The notes beneath the pieces are model-generated. The model was not told the origin of the DNA. It did not search any database and saw only the letters and a list, made by a program, of their open reading frames with translations. Below are positions 1 through 8,000 of a stretch of 32,000 nucleotides of DNA, one piece after another. Every line of letters starts with the position of its first letter. Position 1 is the first letter of the stretch. The position numbers and the translations under genes are program-made. The stretch lies in NCBI GenBank assembly GCA_022646745.1, contig CP060262.1, positions 1,800,001 to 1,832,000 on the forward strand. The letters are read 5' to 3'. Source of the stretch: Planctomycetales bacterium (lineage in GTDB: Bacteria > 4484-113 > JAFGCY01).

Positions 1-338
1 CTGATCACCGCGCTCTGCGGATGCTGCTTCGCAATCTCCATCGAGCGGCGGATGCTGCTGTCCGGGTACTTCTTGTAGGCATCCACCGGGCTGGTGAATT
101 CCTTGGGCAGCACATCCTTCGCATGCTCGAAGCGCACGCTGAAGTCCGGGCTGTTGCTGCTGTCCAGCGCGATCTGCCGCCGCAGGTCCTCGATCTCGTC
201 CGGTGCGCTGTGCACCACCACGATATCGAACTCGCGGCCGCGCATCACGTCACAGAAATCAGCCACGCCGCGCAGCATCTCAGCGACACCCTGGTCACTG
301 CCCATCACGTCCATGATCAGTGTCGGCCGTTTTGCCAT
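1..338 (-). CDS. plsX: Phosphate acyltransferase PlsX, N-terminal part (the gene's 3' end runs off the window)
   Basis: The minus-strand frame is open from ATG (complement of 336-338) to the window edge. It is absent from the ORF track because no stop lies in the window. The translation MAKRPTLIMDVMGSDQGV...DSSIRRSMEIAKQHPQSAVI matches the PlsX N-terminus: the D-x-MGGD-like motif, and the SSM/R...A-x-(V)S stretch that precedes AGNTGA. Confidence 0.7.
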   Translation of the reverse strand, partial: MAKRPTLIMDVMGSDQGVAEMLRGVADFCDVMRGREFDIVVVHSAPDEIEDLRRQIALDSSNSPDFSVRFEHAKDVLPKEFTSPVDAYKKYPDSSIRRSMEIAKQHPQSAVI

Positions 339-362
339 CAGGCACCTATTATATAAACCGTA

Positions 363-1310
363 ATGCTCAGATTGATATACAGCCTGCTGGCCCTGCTGCT
401 GCTGTTCCCCACCACTGCATGGTGCCAGGAGGAACAGCTGCTCAGCCGCGAGCAGTTGCTGGAGCTATACGGTGACTCAACTGACGAGCTTAATGAGACT
501 GAAGCGAATGCCCTGCTGCTGGACCTCGTGAACCACGAGCGTGAGCAGGCCGGCCTGCCCAAGCTGGCCCCACTGGACCTGGCGGCCTTCATGGCCCGTC
601 GACACGCTTCAGACATGGCGCGCGATGGATACAGCGCTCACTACGATACGGACGGACGCAACCCGGTGGAACGCTACAACCGGCTCGGTGGCACGGACTA
701 TGTGCAGGAGAACCTGATCCTGCTGGAGATTGACTGGCCGCTACTGCTGACCGAGCGGCTCGTACGCTCATTCCACCGCGAGTGGATGGCCAGTCCGGAG
801 CACCGGCGCACCCTGCTCAGTCCTCAGGCCACGCACTACGGCAGTTCCTTCGAGCTGTTCCGGGTGGGAGGCCTGTACCGCATGGGAGCGGTGCAGGAAT
901 TCGTCTGCGAGCGCGGGGACTACAGCCGCCTGCCGCAGCTGATGTCCGTCGGTGAGCGCCTGCAGCTGGGCGGACAGTTCCAGCAGGGCGTGGAGCCGGG
1001 CTACATCGGCATCGGGCTGCAGCCGACAGCCGCAGGCCTCAGTCCGGCACAGCTCAATGCCATGCCGAAGTACTACACCCTGCCTGAGGAGAGTTTCCAG
1101 CTGCCGCTTGACCCGCAGCTGATCGAACAGGCGATGCAACTGCCCTCGGCACGCGCATCCTACGATGCCCAGGCCAGCAGCTTCAGCCTTGAACTGGAAA
1201 TCCCTGCGGACTGGGCGGGCCGGACCGCCTACTTCTACATCTTCGCCCAGCCACCGGGAGACACTGAACTGCGCTGCATTTCCTGCCAGACCGTATCAAT
1301 CGAAAGTTAA
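363..1310 (+). CDS. Secreted CAP/SCP/PR-1 (YkwD-like) domain protein with an unassigned C-terminal domain
   Basis: 315-aa ORF. It has a signal peptide, MLRLIYSLLALLLLFPTTAWC. The region NHEREQAGLPKL...HASDMA...YSAHY...QENL...HREWMASPEHRRTLLSPQATHYG fits the CAP superfamily (PF00188). TATATA (350-355) lies 7 nt upstream of the ATG and there is no SD. Confidence 0.8.
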   Translation: MLRLIYSLLALLLLFPTTAWCQEEQLLSREQLLELYGDSTDELNETEANALLLDLVNHEREQAGLPKLAPLDLAAFMARRHASDMARDGYSAHYDTDGRNPVERYNRLGGTDYVQENLILLEIDWPLLLTERLVRSFHREWMASPEHRRTLLSPQATHYGSSFELFRVGGLYRMGAVQEFVCERGDYSRLPQLMSVGERLQLGGQFQQGVEPGYIGIGLQPTAAGLSPAQLNAMPKYYTLPEESFQLPLDPQLIEQAMQLPSARASYDAQASSFSLELEIPADWAGRTAYFYIFAQPPGDTELRCISCQTVSIES

Positions 1311-1365
1311 ATCCCGGTTAAGTGGACAAGTCCTGTGCAAGCATGAGAATGCAGTGGGCAAGTAA

Positions 1366-2250
1366 ATGCCATATAATCCTCATGTGGAACACGCATTGGA
1401 CTGGAGCAAACTGGCTGAGTTGCTCCCACAGCTCGGCAGGGAGTATGCCCGACTGGCGGCCCGCTACCGCATCGTCCTGACCGTGCTTGCCATGCTTCCG
1501 CCACTCCTTATCCCGCTGGAAGCTGCCAAGTGGTTCTCAAGGAACCCCGCCGTCATCACGACTTTCGTCTGCATCTACCTGCTGATTGCCGCCGCGATTT
1601 TCGTCTACACCACACGCTGGGTGGAGAACGTGCGCAGCTTCGGCCAGCGGCGGATCATGGAGGACCGGCTCTGTTCCCGTACACTGGACCGCATCGAGCG
1701 CGACCATGGCAAGAGCGGCGAAATGAGCTTCGAGGAGATCTACCTGACGGATGGCAGCGGGCTTGAGCGCCGCACCCGCAAGCAGATCATCTACTCCGAG
1801 AACGACATTGAAGTCAACATGGACCGCGGCCAGAAGCTGTTTGCCAACAACAATGTCCCGCTGATGATCAACACCGCGATCGTGGCGGCCTACTGCCTGT
1901 TCACGATCATCGGCGGCTTCGTGCTGCCCTATGACGCGATCCAGGGGCAGGGCAAGCTGATGGTCGTGCAGGGCGTGATGCTGGTCTGTGTGCCGGCAGC
2001 AATCTTCGTGATCCAGGGCAGTTACCGCCAGCACCTGCTGAACCTCGTGATTGCGGAGCAGCTGCTGGAATACATCACGGATGACGACGCACGCGAGGCG
2101 ATGGATTCATTCGTGCCCCAGCTTCCCGCGGAGGAAGCTGGCAACGAAGAGTACGCTGAAGAGAGCACCGGCGTGGAAAGCCTGCAGGCGGCCACCGGCG
2201 GGGATTCCTCCGAAGACCCGGGTGACGAGGGCGTGCAGGCCCAGGCCTAG
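1366..2250 (+). CDS. Membrane protein: 2 TM, a ~90-aa soluble insert, 2 TM, then an acidic tail. Distant relative of the 11489-13698 family.
   Basis: 294-aa ORF with G/C-rich third codon positions and four hydrophobic segments. An alternative in-frame GTG start at 1384 sits exactly 6 nt after TATAAT (1372-1377). The C-terminal helix YRQHLLNLVIAEQLLEY resembles RRRIELLLILEELESRF of the 11489..12217 product. Confidence 0.65.
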   Translation: MPYNPHVEHALDWSKLAELLPQLGREYARLAARYRIVLTVLAMLPPLLIPLEAAKWFSRNPAVITTFVCIYLLIAAAIFVYTTRWVENVRSFGQRRIMEDRLCSRTLDRIERDHGKSGEMSFEEIYLTDGSGLERRTRKQIIYSENDIEVNMDRGQKLFANNNVPLMINTAIVAAYCLFTIIGGFVLPYDAIQGQGKLMVVQGVMLVCVPAAIFVIQGSYRQHLLNLVIAEQLLEYITDDDAREAMDSFVPQLPAEEAGNEEYAEESTGVESLQAATGGDSSEDPGDEGVQAQA

Positions 2251-3464
2251 GCCGCGTCCGGCGGGAACTGCAGCAGGATCTCCTCGTCCAGCTGCGGCAG
2301 TGAATCCCAGTACAGCTCGGTGATCTCGCCGGGCCGGATCTCCACCATCGTCTGGCGGTTGTCAACCGCCGCATCCGTGCTGACGACGAATGTGCCGAGC
2401 CCGAGGGTGATGCGTGCCTTGCCCTGGCTGTCCAGCTTGACCCGTGCGATCTGGCGCAGGGCACCGAAGTTGAACACATGCACCGTCACATGCGCCTCCT
2501 CACTGCCGGCTGCCGTCGGCACCTCGACCGTCAGCAGGCCGGTGTCACGGTAGAAGGCGGTGGAGTTGAAGCGGGTGTAGCGCGCGCCGACGGTCTCCTC
2601 AACCTCCAGCACCGTCTCGTCACGCGTGTCGGGGATGCCGAATGCCATCGAGCAGACCAGCGGGGCGTTCTTCACCGCACCGTTGAACCAGGCGTCGTCA
2701 AGCTGGTCCTGCGGCTCGCAGCCGCCGGTGTAGTGCCACAGCCCGTCGCTGCCGAACACCTCCACCCAGGCATGGTTGTTGTCAGACACCGCCCAGTAGG
2801 GGCAGTAGGCCATCCGCGCCGGGATGCCGACCGCGCGGCAGGCATCGACGTAGAAGATCACCATCTCCTCGCAGCGCCCGTAGCCGCTGGCCAGCGTTGC
2901 CAGCGGGCCCTGGTCGCGGCGCTGGGTCTGCCTGAAACCCACGCGCTGCCCGCACCACTTGTTGACGAGCACGGCCGCTTCCTCCAGCGTGGTGGCACCA
3001 TCAAGCTCATTGCCAAGCTCGGCAAGGAAGAAGCGCCGCCAGTCCGACAGCGGTTCCTGGCTGACGCGCGGCGGCAGCACGAAGTGCGCCCAGGTCGCCA
3101 AATCGCAGTCATCACCCCAGGCAAAGTCATTGCGGGCTGCCAGCGCCATGTCCAGGTTTCCTGTCAGTTCCGCGCTGGAAATGCTGCCAAGGTCGCAGGT
3201 CGGCAGGCTGGCCACGGTGAAGCGCATCGCATTGCGGCGCAGCATGTCGCCATCCGACTGCGCAAGCGCATCCTCGAGCTGGGCCCGGTTGCTGCCGGAC
3301 AGCGCCAGCGCCTGCTCGATGTCGGCATCACTCACAGCGGGGATTCCGGCAGCGGATGCCATGGCAGGGATTGCCAGGATGGCGGCGGCCAGCAGGCAGC
3401 AGCACAAAAGGGTCGGGGTCAGTAGCCTTCTCACGGCACGATTATACTTGTGCACCATGCCCAC
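2247..3464 (-). CDS. Secreted transglutaminase-like cysteine protease-fold protein
   Basis: The transglutaminase core is present: GYGRCEEMVIFYVDACRAVGIPARM (Cys) and NHAWVEV (His). The N-terminal signal peptide ends AMASA. The likely true start is GTG at 3434, giving (M)RRLLTPTLLCCCLL.... That GTG is 6 nt after TATAAT (complement of 3441-3446) and removes the overlap with rsmG. Confidence 0.8.
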   Translation of the reverse strand: MGMVHKYNRAVRRLLTPTLLCCCLLAAAILAIPAMASAAGIPAVSDADIEQALALSGSNRAQLEDALAQSDGDMLRRNAMRFTVASLPTCDLGSISSAELTGNLDMALAARNDFAWGDDCDLATWAHFVLPPRVSQEPLSDWRRFFLAELGNELDGATTLEEAAVLVNKWCGQRVGFRQTQRRDQGPLATLASGYGRCEEMVIFYVDACRAVGIPARMAYCPYWAVSDNNHAWVEVFGSDGLWHYTGGCEPQDQLDDAWFNGAVKNAPLVCSMAFGIPDTRDETVLEVEETVGARYTRFNSTAFYRDTGLLTVEVPTAAGSEEAHVTVHVFNFGALRQIARVKLDSQGKARITLGLGTFVVSTDAAVDNRQTMVEIRPGEITELYWDSLPQLDEEILLQFPPDAA

Positions 3465-4095
3465 CGGCGCTGAAACCTACGCATCCCTGCTGCAGTCTAT
3501 GGACAGCCCACTCGATGCCGCCCAGTGTGGCCAGCTCGGCAAGTGGCTGATGCTCGTCGAACAGGCCGGCAAGGTGATGAACCTGACCGGTCTGCGTGAG
3601 CCGCATGAGATGGCCGCGGAGCTCGTGCTGGAATCACTGCGACTGCTCGGTGACAGCACATTCGTGGAAGGCAGCCGTGTGCTGGACATCGGCAGCGGCA
3701 ATGGCGCACCGGTGGTCCCGCTGGCCGTGGCCTGCCCGCAGGCCAGCTTCACCGCTGTCGAGGCCCGCAGCCGGCGAACGGACTTCCTGCAGTTCGCCAT
3801 GCGCCAGATGAAGCTCACGAACCTGCAGGTGATCTGCAGCCGGGTCGAGGAACTGCCAGCCGTGCAGCGCGGGCCATACGACTGCATCATAAGCCGCGCC
3901 TTCGCCTCGCCACAACTGTTCATCAGTATCTCCAGCGGACTGCTGGCTGAATCAGGCGGGATCCGCGGCATCTGTGGGGACAGCGAGGAAGAAGTCCGGC
4001 AGGCGGCGCTGGAACATGGAATGAACGTTGAAGCGCTGGAGCGCTATGAGCATGGCGGTCGGATGCGCATCTCATACCGGCTCAGCAGGTCCTGA
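3457..4095 (+). CDS. rsmG: 16S rRNA (guanine527-N7)-methyltransferase RsmG (GidB)
   Basis: This is the C-terminal 213 codons of track ORF 2959..4095. Supporting motifs are NLTGLREPHEMAAELVLESL, the SAM-binding VLDIGSGNGAPVVPLA, and CIISRAFA. TATACT (3443-3448) lies 8 nt upstream of the ATG. Confidence 0.85.
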   Translation: MPTGAETYASLLQSMDSPLDAAQCGQLGKWLMLVEQAGKVMNLTGLREPHEMAAELVLESLRLLGDSTFVEGSRVLDIGSGNGAPVVPLAVACPQASFTAVEARSRRTDFLQFAMRQMKLTNLQVICSRVEELPAVQRGPYDCIISRAFASPQLFISISSGLLAESGGIRGICGDSEEEVRQAALEHGMNVEALERYEHGGRMRISYRLSRS

Positions 4096-4118
4096 TGGTC
4101 CAGCGGATTCCTCTTACC

Positions 4119-4160
4119 TTAAGATAATTAATTACTTGATTAAGATAATTGAATTACTTG
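4119..4160. repeat. Two tandem ~21-bp AT-rich direct repeats (candidate regulator-binding sites or UP-like element)
   Basis: The repeats are TTAAGATAATTAATTACTTG (4119-4138) and TTAAGATAATTGAATTACTTG (4140-4160). They sit ~32 bp upstream of the -35 box, inside a strikingly AT-rich patch of a G+C-rich window. Confidence 0.6.
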
Positions 4161-4191
4161 CAGGTAATTCGTTCAATCATTCACAAAAGCC

Positions 4192-4220
4192 TTGACATAT
4201 CGAAAAGGAATTGATAATAT
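4192..4220 (+). promoter_or_regulatory. Near-consensus sigma-70 promoter with extended -10
   Basis: TTGACA (4192-4197), a 17-nt spacer ending in TGa, then TAATAT (4215-4220). Confidence 0.65.
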
Positions 4221-4227
4221 CTTCCTG

Positions 4228-4361
4228 TAAGTGAATGGACGTGGATAGGAGATCCACGCAATATCCGAGGGCGTCTGGGCATCGGACCGAAGTGCCAGGG
4301 GGCACTGAACGCTAGGGAGCACTTCCACTGGAAGGGTCTCCCGAGACGATGGGACGATGCA
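4228..4361 (+). promoter_or_regulatory. Structured ~135-nt 5' leader (possible cis-regulatory RNA) of the 4362 gene
   Basis: Four hairpins can be read directly. (1) CGTGGAT-AGGAG-ATCCACG at 4240-4258. (2) TCCGA-N13-TCGGA at 4264-4286. (3) GTGCC-AGGG-GGCAC at 4292-4305. (4) GGGAG..CTTCC-ACT-GGAAG..CTCCC at 4315-4342. No terminator precedes the ATG. Confidence 0.35.
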
Positions 4362-4877
4362 ATGGACGGACTCGGTTTCTTCTACGGTTCGAGGATACTC
4401 GGACGCTCCCCGGCCTTCTGGCCGCTGGTGCTGATCACCCTGGTGCTGACCTTCAGCACCTACGACTCAGGCAAGGGCCTGCGCAGCATCTTCCTCGGGA
4501 CCTGGCACGGCATCCCGGTGATCCTGCTGATCTTGCTGGCAATGGGACTGACATTCTGGCTGGATCACTACCTGGAGAAGAGCACCCGCGAGGAGCTGGG
4601 CCAGGAGATCGAGAAGAACGAAGCCGCATTCACGGCAGCGCACCGCCCGGGTGGCTGGAAGCAGTACTACGGCATCGAGGAGCAGCAGCAGCCTGAAGTG
4701 CTGCTGGTACCGGACAGGCTGCGCCGGCAGGGCTGGCGGGCCAGCTACGGTGAGGCTGGTGACCGGCTGGCGGATATGGCCCAGCGGTACCGCGAGGAGC
4801 AGGAGAAGCTGCGCCGCCAGGCTGACAACCTGGACTGGGTGCGAGGGCGCAGCGGAGACGGGAACGGATCACTCTGA
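4362..4877 (+). CDS. Small membrane protein: 2 TM plus a charged, coiled-coil-like C-terminal half
   Basis: 171-aa ORF. TM segments are FWPLVLITLVLTF and IPVILLILLAMGLTFWL. I chose this frame over the overlapping Arg-rich frame 4349..4696. Confidence 0.55.
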   Translation: MDGLGFFYGSRILGRSPAFWPLVLITLVLTFSTYDSGKGLRSIFLGTWHGIPVILLILLAMGLTFWLDHYLEKSTREELGQEIEKNEAAFTAAHRPGGWKQYYGIEEQQQPEVLLVPDRLRRQGWRASYGEAGDRLADMAQRYREEQEKLRRQADNLDWVRGRSGDGNGSL

Positions 4878-4984
4878 CACAAGCACAGCATCCACGGCCA
4901 TCCGGGTGGACGGCCGGCGGGCCGGACAGTCCCGCCGGGGGGACAGGTGGGGACCGATGGATGCACAGGGACAGTAGGGGCCAC

Positions 4985-5027
4985 GGGAGGCGTTGGATAC
5001 AACCGCGCCTCCCTTGGGCGTTTCTGT
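4985..5027 (+). terminator. Hairpin terminator candidate between convergent genes
   Basis: GGGAGGCG (4985-4992) pairs with CGCCTCCC (5006-5013) and is followed by TTGGGCGTTTCTGT. It lies between the stop at 4877 and the minus-strand stop at 5030. Confidence 0.4.
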
Positions 5028-5029
5028 CC

Positions 5030-8000
5030 CTACTCGATGCAGATCGCGAGACCCATTCCTCCAGTGGTGGTTGTTCCTGCAACATCATTTCCGATCATCA
5101 TCGCGTTTGGTTTGCGGGAGATGGTCGGCCCGCTAGTGACAGGTAGCCAGCTGCTGCCGTTGACATCCAGCCCACGCTGCAGGCTTGTGGTGAAGGGGCA
5201 TTCATATATCCTGGGCAGGCCACTGCGATCCAGCAGTTGCGGGTAGTTGCCATAGGTGTTGGCTGTTGCGCCCAGTAGGTACTCGGTGCCGGACCAGCTG
5301 CTGCCATCCGCATTGTCAGACCGGATGTAGTAGAGCTGGTTCCAATTGAACAGCGCCATTGCCGGATAGCCGTCGATGATGGCCAGGTCGGGCCTGGAAC
5401 GGAACTGCGCTACTGCAATCGGGGCGTTCCATGAACTGCCATCCGCACTGCTGGCACGCAGGTACCAGATATAGCCCACTGACTCATCTGCATATGTGAT
5501 GGCCGGATTGCCGTTCACGATGATCATGTCAGTGTCATGACCCGTGTCAGCCGTGCTGTCCAGCACCTGCACGCTGCCCCAGCTCGTGCCCTGTGCATCA
5601 AGCGCCCGGATGAAACACAGTCTGTTGGCAAGGTCATCCTGGAAGGAGAGGGCCGGATAACCGTCAACGATTGCCCCGCTGGAAAACACCACGCCGAGCC
5701 CGGTTGGGATGTCCACCGGTGCACTGGTCCAGCTGCTGCCGGAGGCATCGTCAGCCCGGATGATCCTGAGCGTGTCAACCACATTGCGGCTGTAGATCAC
5801 GGCCGGGTGTCCGTCCGCCTCAATCAGCTGCAGGCTGAGAATCGTGCCGCTGCCCACGATCTGGACCGGTGTGCTCCAGGCCCGGCCATCCGCCTGGCTG
5901 GCAATCGCAAAGCGGATTCCGGAACCGGATGGAGCAGTCGAGTAAGCCACGGCGGGCATGCCGCCGATCAGCTCCAGGTCCTGGTAGTCCCCGACATTCA
6001 CGCTGCTGTCAATTGGCACCAGCAGCGGGTTGCAGTCGATCGTCAGGCTGTCCGTGTGCACATGACCATCGTTGTCAGTCACCTGCATCACCACTGTGTA
6101 GTCACCGATGCCGAAGTCATGGGAGACGGTCGGGTCCGTGCCGCTTGCCTCGTCATAGCTTCCATCGCCGTCCCAGTCCCAGGAGTAGTCGACAATGCTG
6201 CCATCCACATCGAATGACTGGCTGGCATCGAAGTTCACCGTCAGGATGCATTCACCTGCTGTCACGTCGCTGGTGAGGATGGCGTAGGGCCAGTATTCAC
6301 CATCCCCTCCCAGGGCAAGTAACTGGCCATCCACGGGTAGATAGGTAGTCCCGTCAGTGCCGATCACGGGCTGGTAGGTTGCGGGGGCATCGTCCTGCAG
6401 GGCATAAACCCAGTCTGACAGCCCGGTGGAACTGGCAATCCCACGAGCGTCGTCATTGGTGCCGCAGATTATTGAATCGGAGGCATCCACTGTCGGATTG
6501 TGAAAGATGCTGAACGAATTCAGGAAGTTCCAGTTCTGGTTGCCGGCCGGGTCATATGAACGAATGCTGCTGTTCTTGTAGGCAATGATGTTGCCGGCAT
6601 TGTCTACCCCGAAATGGCCGACTCCCCCGAAGAACAGATCCTGCCAGTCAAGAGTTCCGTCAGGCAGGTAGCTGTACACATGTGTGAATCCCACGATGAT
6701 GTTCCCTGTGGGGGTGACCAATGGTGCCACATCGGGAGAGGAGGGCACCTTCCACTGGAAATTGCCGTCAGGATCCACACAGTAGACAAAGTCATTAGTC
6801 GGGAAGATGATGTTGCCGGACAGGTCAAAGCAGCTGGCCTGGCTGACATCGTAGTTCTTTCCTGTGCTGTATTCCCAGAGGAAATTGCCGTCTGGATCAT
6901 GGCACACAAGACGGGCGGGGGATTCGGTGGAATAGTAGATATTGCCGTTCGGTCCGATGCTGGCCGTGGTGTACATCTCCGCAGTGTGGCCCGATTTCCA
7001 AAGGAAGTTGCCATTGAAGTCGATCTTCTCCAGCTGGGCATCGCTCGCACTCGACGTGAGGATGCCGTCCACCGCCAGACACGGGCCGATTACCGGCCCC
7101 CAGGTCGGGTAGGTCCACAGCTCCTGGCTGTCCTGGCTGATCGCGCGCAGAAGCGCTCCATCATTCAGCAGCACAACATCATCGGGTGTGATTACCAGGT
7201 TACGTGGAGAGTTGCTGAAGTGCAGGTACCATCGCCTGTCCGGATCCGGGTCTGCAATGTTCATTGACTGACCGTTGCCCCTGGAATTTCCATTGGCCGT
7301 CCACCACACATCATCGCCGGGCGGGCTGGGGGCGGTGCAGATCTCCATCGTGCGCGTACTGAAGACACCTGAGTCGTCATAGGCATAACAGACAACCACA
7401 TGCCGCAGGGTACCGGACAGGGTCGTCCCCGTTGTCGGCGAACTGCCCGTCTCATCCATCACACCGTCGCCATCGAAGTCCCAGCGGTATTCCACGATGG
7501 AGCCGTCGGGGTCGTAGGAAGCCGAGGCGTCGAAGCTGACCGACAGGGGGCTGGCCCCGCTGTAGGCACTGGCGGTGCACAGCACCACCGGCAACTGGTT
7601 TGCAGCGCTGACGGTCACCTGCAGGCTGTCGTTGTCCTGCAGCCCGTCGTTGTCAGTCACGCGCAGGGTGACGGTGAATTCACCGGCGTCATTGAAGGTC
7701 CAGTCAACGGTATCGCCGGCATCGGTCAGGTCCCAGACACCGTCCGTGTTGAAGTCGTAGTCGTAGCTGACGATGCTGCCGTCCGGGTCGCTGGAGCCTG
7801 TGGCGTCGAAGTTCACCTGCAGCGGGGCTTCGCCGGAATTCAAATCAGAAGCCAGCACGGCAATCGGTGGCGTACCTTCAATGGGCGGGTTGCCGATGCA
7901 GCTCAGCATGCCGTTTGGCATCACGATCAGCACCCTGCCGTCAGCCCCGATCACCGGGCCGTGGAAGGTGCCAGTGCCCATGTCCTGGTCAAAGAACAGA

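Noticed and set aside
2247-2250. A 4-bp overlap of convergent stop codons (both genes terminate within CCTAGG).
   Set aside because: This is a trivial consequence of the palindromic CTAG. There is no evidence of function.
4312-4370. Guanidine riboswitch. For class I: CTAGGGAGC...GGTCTCCCGAGAC resembles ykkC. For class II: three ACGR motifs lie near the start codon.
   Set aside because: Only the first half of the class-I consensus is loosely matched. The ACACGG...GGGA-AAAGCCCGGGAGA half is missing. The ACGR motifs are not in GC-stem tetraloops. The downstream gene is not a SugE/EmrE-type or other known guanidine-related gene.
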